A DNA stretch of 64,000 nt from Candidatus Kaiserbacteria bacterium RIFCSPHIGHO2_01_FULL_54_36. Lineage in GTDB: Bacteria > Patescibacteriota > Minisyncoccia > Phycocordibacterales > UBA2100. The translations under genes were made by a program, and so were the position numbers. Shown in pieces: positions 8,431 through 18,708 of this stretch. The notes under the pieces were generated by a model. It made no database searches and was not told the DNA's origin. It saw nothing but the letters and a program-made list of their open reading frames with translations. The stretch spans positions 10,428 to 74,427 of the forward strand of contig MFKV01000028.1 in NCBI GenBank assembly GCA_001781105.1. The letters run 5' to 3'. The number at the start of each line of letters is the position of its first letter. Position 1 is the stretch's first letter.

Positions 8431-10071
8431 TCACTCCATGTCCCCACCCATATTTGGGGCAGGGGCTTTCTTGTCTTCTGGGATATCCGCCACCGCAGCC
8501 TCCGTGGTAAGAAGCACTGCCGCAGCTGAGGCAGCATTTTCAACACAGCTGCGCGTTACTTTGACCGGGTCAAGGATCCCTGCTTCGTACATATCAACTA
8601 TTGAAGCGTCCTCCCTTTCGGCGGAAGCGTCAAAGCCGAAGGCTGGGCCTTTTTTCACAACTTCCTGCAAGACGACGGCTGCATCCTCGCGCCCCGCGTT
8701 GCGTGCAATCTGCAAAAGAGGAGCAGAGAGTGCGCTCACAAGAATTCGGTATCCAACCGTATATTCATCGTGTGCCTTTCCGTCGATCTTCTTTCCGAGC
8801 TTCTCGCCCACCTTTGCAAGTGCCGCGCCTCCTCCCGGGACAATGCCCTCAGCGATCGCAGCCTTCGTGGCATTGACCGCGTCTTCAATTTTATCTTTGA
8901 GATATTTCATTTCGGTCTCCGTGGCAGCGCCCACTCGTATGACCGCGACGCCTCCGGAGAGCTTCGCGACGCGCTCTTCGAGTTTTTCTTTGTCGAATTT
9001 GGAATCCGTATTTTCTATCTGCTTGCGTAGCTGTGCCACGCGCTCCGAAATATCGCCTTTCTTCCCTTTCCCACCCACAATAATGGTCGAGTCTTTCGTC
9101 GCGACCACGCGGTTCGCGCGGCCAAGCATGTTGAGCTCCGCCTTTTCTAGTGTAATACCGAGGTCATCGGAGATAACCGTGCCGCCGACGGTGATCGCGA
9201 TGTCCGCCAGCATCTCTTTCTTGCGGTCGCCGTATCCGGGCGCCTTGACGGCAAGTACGTTGAATGCGCCGCGCAGTTTATTGACCACAAACGTCGCAAG
9301 CGCCTCGCCATCTACGTCGTCAGCGATGATAACGAGGTCCTTTTTCCCGCTTTGCGCTACTTTTTCAAGGAGCGGTAAGATCTCTTTTACCGTCGAGATC
9401 TTTTTATCAGTGATGAGGATGGGTGTATCTTTCACTTCCGCTTCCATGCGCTCAGCGTTGGTGATCATATAGGCGGAGACGTACCCTTTGTCGAATTCCA
9501 TGCCTTCCACAAAATCTGACTCGATGCCGATAGATTGAGATTCTTCCACGGTGACAACGCCATCTTTCCCTACCTTCTCTACTGTATCTGCGATCGTTTT
9601 CCCGAGCTCCTCTGATTCAGCAGAGATCGTCGCGACTTGCCGGATATCATTCTTACCTTTCACCTCACGCGCCATTTTTTTCAATTCATCAACAGCATCC
9701 TTTGCTGCCGCCTCAATGCCGCGGCGCACCATCATGGCGTTCGCCCCGAGCGCGGTACGTTTCAAGCCCTCGTGAATGATCGCCTGCGTTAATACGACCG
9801 CAGTCGTGGTGCCATCTCCTGCCTTGTCGTTAGTCTTGGTCGCGACCTCTTTCACGATTGAGGCCCCCATATTTTCGAACTTATCAGCGAGCGTTATTTC
9901 TTTGGCGATAGAAACGCCGTCGTTGGTGATCGTCGGGCCGCCCCAGGATTTGTCGAGGGCAACGTTGCGCCCTTTTGGCCCAAGCGTCACTTTTACCGCA
10001 CTCGCAACGACATCAACCCCGCGCTTCAGCGCTGCCCGAACATCCTGATCGAAAAGTACCTGTTTTGCCAT
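8431..10071 (-). CDS. groL: Chaperonin GroEL (60 kDa)
   Basis: [20 protein letters not shown]...GDGTTTATVL... Full-length Cpn60 with the ATP-binding motifs. Confidence 0.97.
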   Translation of the reverse strand: MAKQVLFDQDVRAALKRGVDVVASAVKVTLGPKGRNVALDKSWGGPTITNDGVSIAKEITLADKFENMGASIVKEVATKTNDKAGDGTTTAVVLTQAIIHEGLKRTALGANAMMVRRGIEAAAKDAVDELKKMAREVKGKNDIRQVATISAESEELGKTIADTVEKVGKDGVVTVEESQSIGIESDFVEGMEFDKGYVSAYMITNAERMEAEVKDTPILITDKKISTVKEILPLLEKVAQSGKKDLVIIADDVDGEALATFVVNKLRGAFNVLAVKAPGYGDRKKEMLADIAITVGGTVISDDLGITLEKAELNMLGRANRVVATKDSTIIVGGKGKKGDISERVAQLRKQIENTDSKFDKEKLEERVAKLSGGVAVIRVGAATETEMKYLKDKIEDAVNATKAAIAEGIVPGGGAALAKVGEKLGKKIDGKAHDEYTVGYRILVSALSAPLLQIARNAGREDAAVVLQEVVKKGPAFGFDASAEREDASIVDMYEAGILDPVKVTRSCVENAASAAAVLLTTEAAVADIPEDKKAPAPNMGGDME

Positions 10072-10077
10072 AGAGTT

Positions 10078-10407
10078 TTATGTAATGATGGCTTTTACGT
10101 CGCTCTCGTGAATAAGATGAAGCTTTTGCTCATCGATCTCTATCTCACTCTCCCAGCCCGGATTGAAGTACACTTTCTGTCCGGGCTTTACTTGCATCGG
10201 AAGCACCTTCCCGTCGTCGTTCATTCGTCCCGGGCCGACGGCAAGTACTATTCCGCGCGTCGGCTTCTCTTGTTTTGCAGCGTCAGGGATATAGATGCCG
10301 CCAGCTGTTTTTTTCATCGCCTCTTCCGGTTTGACGAGCACGCGATCGCCGAGAAGCCGCATTTTAATATTTGGTTCTTTGGTATCTTTTTTGGTTTCCT
10401 TTTTCAT
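10078..10407 (-). CDS. groS: Co-chaperonin GroES
   Basis: ...MRLLGDRVLVKPEE...GIVLAVGPGR. AAGGAA sits 4 nt before the ATG at 10407. An internal Met at 10362 is an alternative start. Confidence 0.93.
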   Translation of the reverse strand: MKKETKKDTKEPNIKMRLLGDRVLVKPEEAMKKTAGGIYIPDAAKQEKPTRGIVLAVGPGRMNDDGKVLPMQVKPGQKVYFNPGWESEIEIDEQKLHLIHESDVKAIIT

Positions 10408-10494
10408 ATTTTTTCCTTGCTTAATTAGAATAAATGGGCTCGAAGAGAAGCAGAGCGAGGGCTCACTATAGTCAAATGGCTCCGAAGGGGCAAC

Positions 10495-10522
10495 TTGACA
10501 GCTCTAATATGAGTGATACAAT
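10495..10522 (+). promoter_or_regulatory. Sigma70-like promoter for secG
   Basis: TTGACA (10495-10500), a 16-nt spacer, then TACAAT (10517-10522). Confidence 0.45.
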
Positions 10523-10563
10523 GAATTTGATTGTTTCCTCGCGCCGTGATAGTCTCTACCTCA

Positions 10564-10797
10564 ATGGTTTTGCTCCAGCAGATGCTGCCCTACGTGCAGA
10601 TCGGCCTTTCGGTCCTTCTCATTGTTGCGGTCCTTTTGCAGCGCACGGGTGCCTCGCTGGGGGGAGCTTTTGGAGCCGACAATTTCTCGTCCGGTTTCCA
10701 TACCCGCCGCGGATTGGAGCGTACGCTCTTCCACGCGACGATCCTTCTTGGTATACTGTTTGCACTATCGGCACTGGTTAGTCTTCTTATTAGTTAA
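10564..10797 (+). CDS. secG: Preprotein translocase subunit SecG
   Basis: MLPYVQIGLSVLLIVAVLLQRTGASLGGAFGA... matches the SecG signature LLQ..G.GLGGAFG. The start is ambiguous (10564 or 10582); the track's 10531 is a TTG inside the promoter. Confidence 0.75.
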   Translation: MVLLQQMLPYVQIGLSVLLIVAVLLQRTGASLGGAFGADNFSSGFHTRRGLERTLFHATILLGILFALSALVSLLIS

Positions 10798-10863
10798 CAG
10801 CAGCGCACACCACAGGAATAGCTACGGCTATTCCTCGGCAGCCCGCGCGCGGCTAAAGCCGCT

Positions 10864-12735
10864 ATGGATCCCGATTACGACTCCAACTCCCGTACAGCTC
10901 AAAATCTGAAAGTGACGCTTACCAAAGAGCGCACGGTCGGCCACTTCTCTTCTTTAGGAGACGTGCTTCGTACATTCAGCCCCGGCGAGCGCCTTATTCT
11001 CTATGCGTTCACTATTCTTTTGGGTATCTCAGCGCTTGCGCTGCTCGCGGGCTTGAATTCGGCTGTCTCGGTCACGGTACCTACCCAAGGCGGCACGCTT
11101 GTCGAAGGCGAGGTAGGCCCTGCGCGATTTATCAACCCTATTCTTATGCTTTCGCAGCCTGACGAGGACCTGTCAATGCTTGTCTACTCGGGTCTCACTC
11201 GAGTCTTACCAGAGCCGAGCCCGTCTGGCGCGCAGAGCTCTGTGGTACCGGATCTTGCGAGCCACTATGAGGTTTCTGAAGACGGGACGACGTATACCTT
11301 TACGCTCCGGGAAGATGCAACATTCCACGATGGTTCCCCGGTTACTGCCGACGACGTTATTTTCACGGTGGAAGCAGCACAAGATCCCGCTATCAAGAGC
11401 CCGCGGCGTGCTGATTGGGAAGGCGTCCAAGTGTCGGCGACGGACGAGCATACGGTCGTATTCAAGCTAGCACATGCGTATGCGCCGTTCATCGAGAATA
11501 CGACGCTCGGCATTTTGCCCAAGCACATTTGGGGAAACGTGCCGGCGGAAGAATTCCCTTTTAGCCCTGCCAATACGCACCCAATAGGTAGCGGCCCGTA
11601 TCGAGTGCTAAGTTCTGCCACGGATGCAACCGGCTCTGCTACACGCTACGATCTTGTACCTTTCAGAAACTACACGCTCGGAGAAGCATATGTGAAGCGC
11701 ATTACGTTTGTCTTTTATCCTAACCAAGAGGCAATGCTCGAAGCATTTAACGCGCGAAAGATCGATGCGATCGCTGGCGTAACGCCCGCAGATCTTTCCA
11801 AGCTCGAGCGCACTGATTTTAATTATGTCCATGTGCCGCTGCCGAGAGTGTTCGGAGTCTTTTTTAATCAGAGCCATGCCCCAGTCCTTGCCGATACGGC
11901 AGTCCGAGTGGCGCTGGATCAGGCGCTCGACAAAGAAGAGATCGTGCGCACTGTCCTCAACGGGTACGGCAGGACGCTTGATGGGCCAATACCTCCCGGC
12001 TCAACGGGCGACATGCGCCCCGCTAGCGCGGCGACGTTTACGAAGCCAGAATCTGCGACGAGCTCTGCTGATTCAGCTTCCAACCTTGCAGACACTGCTC
12101 GCGCGACGCTGAAGCGAGCTGGTTGGACATTCCTGCCTGCCGCGACGAGCACGGCGCAAGCAGGCGACGAAGCGACGGGCGTGTGGAAAAAGAAAAATGT
12201 TGAATTAGCGTTCTCACTCGCGACAGCAGGCGAGCCCGAGCTTTTGGCAACGGCAAATAAAGTCGCAGCGTATTGGCGCGCCGCTGGGATCAAGGTAGAG
12301 GTGCAGGTATATTCCCTTTCTGAGCTCAACACGACTGTTTTGCGGCCGCGCGCCTATGACGCGATCCTCTTTGGAGAAGTCGTGGGGCGAACCGCCGATC
12401 TGTTTGCGTTCTGGCACTCAAGCCAGCGCAATGATCCCGGGCTCAATCTTGCCCTCTATGCAAATTCCCGTGTTGATTCACTCTTGAGCCAAGCGCGCGC
12501 GACTACGGATTTTAGGCAGCGTGAAAAATTGTACGAGCAATTTTCTGATGCCGTTGCAAACGACACCCCGGCTATATTCTTGTACGCGCCTGAATTTATT
12601 TACCTCGTGCCAAGCTCTGTGCATGGGATCACGCTTGGTTCGCTCACCACTCCCGCTGAGCGATACGTCAACATTAGAAATTGGTATACCGACACAGAAA
12701 AAGTCTGGAATATCTTTACTGAAAAATCAAACTAA
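10864..12735 (+). CDS. ABC transporter substrate-binding protein, family 5 (peptide/nickel type)
   Basis: 623 aa with an N-terminal membrane anchor and an SBP_bac_5-like core (...YRVLSSATDATGSATRYDLVPFRNY...). Confidence 0.8.
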   Translation: MDPDYDSNSRTAQNLKVTLTKERTVGHFSSLGDVLRTFSPGERLILYAFTILLGISALALLAGLNSAVSVTVPTQGGTLVEGEVGPARFINPILMLSQPDEDLSMLVYSGLTRVLPEPSPSGAQSSVVPDLASHYEVSEDGTTYTFTLREDATFHDGSPVTADDVIFTVEAAQDPAIKSPRRADWEGVQVSATDEHTVVFKLAHAYAPFIENTTLGILPKHIWGNVPAEEFPFSPANTHPIGSGPYRVLSSATDATGSATRYDLVPFRNYTLGEAYVKRITFVFYPNQEAMLEAFNARKIDAIAGVTPADLSKLERTDFNYVHVPLPRVFGVFFNQSHAPVLADTAVRVALDQALDKEEIVRTVLNGYGRTLDGPIPPGSTGDMRPASAATFTKPESATSSADSASNLADTARATLKRAGWTFLPAATSTAQAGDEATGVWKKKNVELAFSLATAGEPELLATANKVAAYWRAAGIKVEVQVYSLSELNTTVLRPRAYDAILFGEVVGRTADLFAFWHSSQRNDPGLNLALYANSRVDSLLSQARATTDFRQREKLYEQFSDAVANDTPAIFLYAPEFIYLVPSSVHGITLGSLTTPAERYVNIRNWYTDTEKVWNIFTEKSN

Positions 12736-12875
12736 CTATGCCCGGCAGGACAATTTCGAATTGCCTCGGCATGAACATTCACCAACCTATGACAAGAAAA
12801 ATCACTTCAGCAGTCTTACCAACCTTCCACAGGCTAACCTGCGGCAGGAATTATTCGAAATTGTACTAGCCGGGT

Positions 12876-14747
12876 ATGGGACCACAATCAACACAACGAA
12901 ACCCTTCCCCCCAGCATGGGAGGCCCCGTTCACGGCCCCCAAGTCGCGCTCCGCAAAGAAGTGGCAGAGTGCGGCATTTTGGCCGCTCCAATCACCCCCC
13001 ACGTCGCACACGCTCGCGCGTCGAACACCAGCAGTCAAAAGATCGCAAACAATTCATAGCTCCGATCGCGCCGCCCCCTGCCGATACCATCCGTATTATC
13101 CCCCTGGGTGGCGTCGAAGAAGTCGGGCGCAACATGACCGCCGTTGAGTTCGGCAACGATATTTTTATTCTGGATTGCGGATTTGCGTTCTCCGAAGGAG
13201 ATACGCCGGGAGTGGATTACATCCTACCCAACACGGGATACCTCGAAGAGCGGCGGGATAAAATACGCGGCCTCCTGATCGGCCACGGCCACCTCGACCA
13301 CATCGGCGGCATTCCCTACATCATCGATCGCATCGGCAACCCCACGATCTACACGCGGCGCCTCACCGCCAAGATGATCCAGAAGCGCCAAGAGGAATTC
13401 ACGTCCGCCGTGCCCGTCAACATCCGCGAAGTGGAGAGCGACGAGGTCATCAAGCTCGGCGCCGCAACCATCCGATTCTTCGGCGTCACGCATACGGTGC
13501 CTGATTCAATGGGCATCATTATCGGGACCCCGCATGGCGACGTCGTCTACACGGGCGATATAAAACTCAATCACTTGGACGGTGAACCATCGGATGAGGA
13601 GAAAAAAGAATTCGGCATCTTTAAGGATCGCAACGTACTTGCGCTTCTTATGGACTCGACCAACGTCTGGCAGCCCGGCTTCTCCATCCCCGAATCAGTT
13701 GTCTATAAGACCCTTGATGGGATCATCAAAGAGTCAAAGGGTCGCCTCATCATCGCGATGTTTGCCTCGCACCTCGAGCGACTCATCCGCGTCGTGCACT
13801 TTGCCGAGCAGTACGGCAAGAAGATCGTCATAGACGGACGTTCCATGCGCACCAACATCGAGATCGCGCGAGAGATCGGACTCATCAAGTACAAGGACGA
13901 CACGGTCGTTGCGGTCGAGAATATGGGGCAATATCAACCCGAGAGAATGATAATCCTTGCTACAGGAGCTCAGGGCGACGAATTCGCCTCGCTCGCGCGC
14001 ATCGGCAATAAATCACACAAGCACATCCGCCTACAGCCGACCGACACCGTCGTGCTCTCTTCTTCGGTCATTCCCGGCAACGAGCGCGCGGTCCAGAAGC
14101 TCAAAGACAATCTCTCACGCCAGGGCGCACACATCATTACCTACCACGCCTCCGACGTGCACGCTTCCGGCCACGGCAACCGCGAAGAAGCTGCGTGGAT
14201 CCACTCCCAGATCAAACCGAAATTCTTCATTCCCGTGCACGGATACCACTACATGCTACGCGTGCATGCCGATCTCGCAATCGAAATGGGCGTGAAGCCC
14301 GAGAACATCGCGATACCTGACAACAGCTCTGTCATTGATATTGTGAAAGGAGAGAAAATCATCAAGCATCCTTTCAAAGCACCTGCAGAGTTACGCGTCG
14401 TCGAAGGGCACACCGTAAGTGAGCTTTCCGATGTCTTGATGCGAGATAGAAAAGCACTGGGTCAAGAAGGATTCTGCGTAGTCGTTGCCACAGTAGATCG
14501 CCGCTCCGGCAAGCTGCACAAATCCCCCGACATCATCTCGCGCGGGTTCGTCTATCTGCGAGACAACAAGGAGCTCATGGACCAGACGCGCCTCATCATC
14601 CGCAAGTCAGTGGAAACATCGCTGCGCAATCCTCGCGCTGCTGACCTCGATGTCGCCCGCGAAGACCTCGCCGACGCAGTCTCCCAATTCCTCCTCCAAC
14701 GCACCATGAAGCGCCCGATCGTTATTCCGGTAATTGTTTCAGTGTAG
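12876..14747 (+). CDS. rnj: Ribonuclease J (metallo-beta-lactamase/beta-CASP)
   Basis: HGHLDHIGG motif, beta-CASP region and C-terminal domain. An unusual roughly 60-aa Arg/Pro/Ser-rich N-terminal extension precedes the conserved IRIIPLGGVEEVGRNM. Confidence 0.88.
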   Translation: MGPQSTQRNPSPQHGRPRSRPPSRAPQRSGRVRHFGRSNHPPRRTRSRVEHQQSKDRKQFIAPIAPPPADTIRIIPLGGVEEVGRNMTAVEFGNDIFILDCGFAFSEGDTPGVDYILPNTGYLEERRDKIRGLLIGHGHLDHIGGIPYIIDRIGNPTIYTRRLTAKMIQKRQEEFTSAVPVNIREVESDEVIKLGAATIRFFGVTHTVPDSMGIIIGTPHGDVVYTGDIKLNHLDGEPSDEEKKEFGIFKDRNVLALLMDSTNVWQPGFSIPESVVYKTLDGIIKESKGRLIIAMFASHLERLIRVVHFAEQYGKKIVIDGRSMRTNIEIAREIGLIKYKDDTVVAVENMGQYQPERMIILATGAQGDEFASLARIGNKSHKHIRLQPTDTVVLSSSVIPGNERAVQKLKDNLSRQGAHIITYHASDVHASGHGNREEAAWIHSQIKPKFFIPVHGYHYMLRVHADLAIEMGVKPENIAIPDNSSVIDIVKGEKIIKHPFKAPAELRVVEGHTVSELSDVLMRDRKALGQEGFCVVVATVDRRSGKLHKSPDIISRGFVYLRDNKELMDQTRLIIRKSVETSLRNPRAADLDVAREDLADAVSQFLLQRTMKRPIVIPVIVSV

Positions 14748-14803
14748 CGTTGTCGCACTGAGCGTGATAAGTTTGAAGCCGTTGCAACCCGGAGGACTTC
14801 TCG

Positions 14804-14989
14804 ATGACGTTCCGACATGGAAAAGATTTACCGTTTCCCAGAATGGTCCGTCTAGGTCGCCTCTTAAAGGGCGCGGGACCTGACATGGTGCAAGGTGTCG
14901 CAAAAGAATACCTCAAGGCTGAGCGGGAAATCAGCAAAAAAGTTCGAAAGGCCAACGAGGCCTTTCGCAAGAAGAAGAACTCTAAGTGA
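14804..14989 (+). CDS. Small basic hypothetical protein (61 aa)
   Basis: GGAGGA sits 8 nt upstream of the ATG, and a clean terminator hairpin follows. Lys-rich C-terminus. Confidence 0.5.
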   Translation: MTFRHGKDLPFPRMVRLGRLLKGAGPDMVQGVAKEYLKAEREISKKVRKANEAFRKKKNSK

Positions 14990-15018
14990 GTCACCGTTCG
15001 GTTTCCTTTGAGCAATTA

Positions 15019-15050
15019 AAATGGCAGGCCGGTCGGTTCTGCCATTTTGC
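15019..15050. terminator. Bidirectional rho-independent terminator
   Basis: AAAATGGCAGGCCGGTCGGTTCTGCCATTTTGCTTTT: a perfect 10-bp stem flanked by A/T runs, between convergent genes. Confidence 0.7.
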
Positions 15051-15052
15051 TT

Positions 15053-15865
15053 TTACGAGATCTGCCACTTCCCTTTTTCTTTCACGATAAGCCCGTCACG
15101 CGCAAGCGAAGCGAGCGCGTTTTGAATGTTTGAACTTTTAAACTTTAAATTCTTCAGGGAAGAAGGTCCGTTGTGCAGCTGACGCAAGATCTCTCCCCGT
15201 ACCTGCCGCAGTGATCCTTCAAACTTCGATTGTTTCGTGTAGTGCGCACTTCGGACATTGTTGCGAATCCCTGAGCGCTTCAGATGCGCGCCATAATCCA
15301 TCAGCGCCCAATGCCATGTGCACGGGTCTTGCCCCTTCGCGGCGCAGTTTGCGAACGGCATGATCTCGCTATCGGGTATGGTCGACCTCGTAGGTCGACC
15401 ATGGAAGAAGTGGTACATAAGCGATGTTCGGATGTTGGTTTCGATAAGAACGTCTGGTTCGTTGAACGCAAAAACTTTCACGGCGGCTTCCGTGTACGGT
15501 CCGACCCCTGGCAATGAATGCTCTAGTGCCTTTCTGAAGTTGCCCTTGAACTTTGAAACGACCACTTTTGCCGCATCGTGCAAGTATTTCCCCCGCCGGT
15601 TGTATCCGAGCCCGCTCCAGACCTTCAAAACGTCCGAGAGTTTTGCCTCCGCGAGCACGTGAACACTCGGGAACGCTTTCAAGAGTTCTTTGTACTTTTC
15701 TTTCACTCGCGACACTTGCGTCTGCTGCAGCATGACTTCCGAAACCAGGATTCGGTATGGGTCTTTAGTCTTTCTCCACGGAAGATCGTGTCTTCCGTGC
15801 TTTTTCCAATAGCTCCAGACAGTTCGCCGGAACGTACTGATGCGACTAGAGTTGGTAGATGACAT
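15053..15865 (-). CDS. HhH-GPD base-excision DNA glycosylase, MutY-like, short form
   Basis: WRKTKDPYRILVSEVMLQQTQV and LPGVGPYTEAAV match the MutY/Nth family. No NUDIX domain, and only 2 Cys where the 4-Cys cluster would be. Confidence 0.75.
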   Translation of the reverse strand: MSSTNSSRISTFRRTVWSYWKKHGRHDLPWRKTKDPYRILVSEVMLQQTQVSRVKEKYKELLKAFPSVHVLAEAKLSDVLKVWSGLGYNRRGKYLHDAAKVVVSKFKGNFRKALEHSLPGVGPYTEAAVKVFAFNEPDVLIETNIRTSLMYHFFHGRPTRSTIPDSEIMPFANCAAKGQDPCTWHWALMDYGAHLKRSGIRNNVRSAHYTKQSKFEGSLRQVRGEILRQLHNGPSSLKNLKFKSSNIQNALASLARDGLIVKEKGKWQIS

Positions 15866-16538
15866 CTTTACGTTCGACGACTACATTCCAGTCGAGGCGT
15901 TTCGCGTACCGATACAGCTTCGCGTTGGGATTAAAGCAGATCGGCTTTGCGACCATTTCAAGAAATGGAATGTCGCTCTCGGTATCCCCGACCCCTATCG
16001 AGTGCTGGAGTGTGAGATTTTCTTTCTCGACAGCGCGACGTACGATCGCAGACTTGTTGAGTATCAAATGCTCCTCGGTGACGTTCCCGGTAAAACACTC
16101 TTGCGGGCCTATTTCATAAATCATTCCATACGTTTTGTTGAATCCAAGGCGCGGACAGAATTTGTCGAGAACCGTTTTCGGCGAGTGCGACACGGCAAGC
16201 AGGAAGTAGCCCCGCTTTTTGAGATCCTTGATCAGATCTCGCGTGTAGCGGTATACCCGCTTCCACTGCTCTTCGACCACTTCTTCCGCAGCATCAGCAA
16301 GTTCCGAATAGTGCACGCCCTTGAGATGGCCTACGAATGCTTCGACGACCGCGCCGATGTACTCCTCATAATCCCCTTCGCGATTGAGCCAGCGCTCGTA
16401 TTCCCGCTCGTAAACTCTTTTTGTGGAAGGAGGAAAGGCTTTCTTTTCGATGAGCCGATCAACGACTTGAATCAAAAGGCTCGAGCGGAAGATCGTGCCG
16501 TCCACATCGAATATTGCTACCTTTCGCTTCTCACTCAT
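15846..16538 (-). CDS. HAD-superfamily hydrolase (subfamily IB-like)
   Basis: FDVDGT motif I and GDTESD motif IV. Confidence 0.85.
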   Translation of the reverse strand: MSEKRKVAIFDVDGTIFRSSLLIQVVDRLIEKKAFPPSTKRVYEREYERWLNREGDYEEYIGAVVEAFVGHLKGVHYSELADAAEEVVEEQWKRVYRYTRDLIKDLKKRGYFLLAVSHSPKTVLDKFCPRLGFNKTYGMIYEIGPQECFTGNVTEEHLILNKSAIVRRAVEKENLTLQHSIGVGDTESDIPFLEMVAKPICFNPNAKLYRYAKRLDWNVVVERKDVIYQL

Positions 16539-16742
16539 ACCCGGCTAGTACAATTTGGCATTGTTTCTGCCGCTGTTATCTTACCCTTAAACAACATACA
16601 TTGCTTACACATGATATATCGACTCTCGTGAGTATGGCCGCAACCAAGGCGATGCCAAATTGTCCTGCCGGGCATACGCCAATACTACTGCGCGCCGCTC
16701 ACAATGGCGAGGGTGCCAGTAATCTAGTATTCTGGGCGTACA

Positions 16743-18005
16743 ATGATCCGCAAGATAAAGAACGCCCTGTATTTCACCGTCGCGAGTTATTTCAGATTCT
16801 TTGCACGAATTCGCCTCCGGTACTGGAAACCGCGAGTAGTCCTTGTCACTGGGTCCAATGGAAAAACGGTCTGCCTGCATCTGTGCGCCGTACAATTTGG
16901 GCCGGCCGCGAAATACTCATTCAATGCAAATAGTGCGTTCGGGATACCGTTCGATATTCTTGGGCTGAAGCGCTCGAGCTTTTCACTGTCGGAATGGCCT
17001 ACCTTATTCCTTCTGGCCCCATTCTATGCCTTTACAGGTCCACATCCTGAAAAAATCTACTTTGTGGAAGTCGACGGAGACCGCCCAGGCGCTGGCGATT
17101 TTTTCGGATCATTTTTGAAGCCCGAGGTATGCGTATTGCTTAGCTCCGCACGAACGCATAGCATGCTCTTTGAAGGCACTGTCGGCCCTGGGAAATTCCA
17201 GAATGCCGACGAGGCGATCGCTTATGGGTTTGGGCGCTTCCTCGCACATACATCCAAGCTCGCGATCATAAACGCTGATAATCCGCGTATCGTCGAAAAC
17301 GCGAAGCAAACGACAGCGGACACATACGAGATCAGCGAACGAGCATTACTAGACGCGTATGCGGTCAGTACGTCCGGCACGGAGTTCACTATTGCCGAGC
17401 GTACGTACCTTGTGCCGTATATGCTCCCCAAAGAAACGTTCTACGCGATCGCGTCCTTGATCAGGCTCGCAGAGTATTTTGGTGTTGAGCCACTGAGCGA
17501 CTTCACCGATCTCGTGCTCCCGCCGGGCAGGAGTTCTGTATTTCGAGGCATCAAGAAAACGACGATCATAGACAGCAGCTACAACGCAAACACCGATTCG
17601 GTCGTAGCAATAGTCCGCATGGCAGAGGCGCTGCCCGGAGAAAAGTGGCTCATTCTGGGGGATCTGATAGAACAAGGTGTACTCGAGCAAGAAGAGCACG
17701 AGCGCCTTGGGCATATACTTGCGTTGTGTAATCTCAAACGAACGATATTGGTGGGTCCCCGCATGCGGGCTTTCGTGATGCCAATCCTCGAGAAAAGCGG
17801 CAAACTTGTGGAGTCGTTCATCGGTCCGAGAGATGCGCTCGACTATCTAGGATCAGCTATACAAGGAGGCGAAACATTGGTATTTAAAGGTGCACGATTT
17901 TTGGAAGGTATCATTGAACATCTCCTTGCTGATAACGCAGATATCGCAAAACTGTGTCGCCGCGAGAAGGTATGGCAGCAGCGCAGGGCGAAATGGGGAC
18001 TCTAA
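16743..18005 (+). CDS. Mur ligase family protein (MurF-like)
   Basis: VLVTGSNGKT P-loop, a Mur ligase middle domain and a C-terminal domain. Confidence 0.8.
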   Translation: MIRKIKNALYFTVASYFRFFARIRLRYWKPRVVLVTGSNGKTVCLHLCAVQFGPAAKYSFNANSAFGIPFDILGLKRSSFSLSEWPTLFLLAPFYAFTGPHPEKIYFVEVDGDRPGAGDFFGSFLKPEVCVLLSSARTHSMLFEGTVGPGKFQNADEAIAYGFGRFLAHTSKLAIINADNPRIVENAKQTTADTYEISERALLDAYAVSTSGTEFTIAERTYLVPYMLPKETFYAIASLIRLAEYFGVEPLSDFTDLVLPPGRSSVFRGIKKTTIIDSSYNANTDSVVAIVRMAEALPGEKWLILGDLIEQGVLEQEEHERLGHILALCNLKRTILVGPRMRAFVMPILEKSGKLVESFIGPRDALDYLGSAIQGGETLVFKGARFLEGIIEHLLADNADIAKLCRREKVWQQRRAKWGL

Positions 18006-18009
18006 CACC

Positions 18010-18708
18010 ATGAACAGACACAAACTTTTTATTCTTCACGGATGGACGTATTACGCGGCTGAGACGTGGAAGCCGCTGCTGGAGATACTTTCCGCACGAG
18101 GCATTGACTATGAATTCCTACGCATCCCCGGCCTCACCGATGGTACCAATCCTGTGTGGACGCTGGACGATTATGTGCGTTGGCTGGAGGAAAGGACCGT
18201 ACCGTTCGATAAGGTCATTCTCTATGGCCACTCCAACGGCGGTCGCATTTCCCTGGCATTTACGGCAAAGCATCCCGAAAAAGTATCGTGCCTCATTCTC
18301 GAGGATAGTGCGGGTATTCCTCCAGTAGGATTGCGGAAGTGGAAGCGCGATATCTTCAAAAAAATAGCCAATATTGGACAGATGTTCGTTCGTTCAGAGC
18401 GTTTCCGAGACCTATTTTACAAGATCATTCGTGAAAGTGATTACCGAAAGGCTACACCCGAGATGCGGAAGACTATGGCAAATCTGCTTTCGGTAGATCT
18501 CTCGCTCGTTTTGGGTCAAATCGTATGTCCGACACTCATCATTTGGGGTGCGAATGATGCCACGACGCCGATCTCCGGCGGCAAGGTGATGCATGCGGGT
18601 ATCCGGAACTCGCGAATGGTCGTCATCCCCGACGCTCGGCACGCGCCGCATATTACCCATACAAAAAAAGTCGCTGATCTCATCTCGGAAGAGTTGAAAC
18701 GAACATGA
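18010..18708 (+). CDS. Alpha/beta-fold hydrolase
   Basis: GHSNGG nucleophile elbow and a conserved His near the C-terminus. Start chosen at MNRHKLFILHGW, directly after the Mur ligase stop. Confidence 0.8.
   Translation: MNRHKLFILHGWTYYAAETWKPLLEILSARGIDYEFLRIPGLTDGTNPVWTLDDYVRWLEERTVPFDKVILYGHSNGGRISLAFTAKHPEKVSCLILEDSAGIPPVGLRKWKRDIFKKIANIGQMFVRSERFRDLFYKIIRESDYRKATPEMRKTMANLLSVDLSLVLGQIVCPTLIIWGANDATTPISGGKVMHAGIRNSRMVVIPDARHAPHITHTKKVADLISEELKRT

Noticed and set aside
8084-9472. 462-aa plus-strand ORF
   Set aside because: Lies entirely antisense to groEL (8431-10071) and is Ser/Ala/Thr-rich low-complexity. A mirror-frame artefact.
10408-10530. CIRCE (HrcA) operator upstream of groES
   Set aside because: No TTAGCACTC-N9-GAGTGCTAA-like inverted repeat was found in the groES upstream region.
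12521-13147. 208-aa plus-strand ORF overlapping the RNase J 5' region
   Set aside because: Different frame from the well-supported RNase J ORF, and no recognisable features. The RNase J ATG is supported by a conserved upstream motif.
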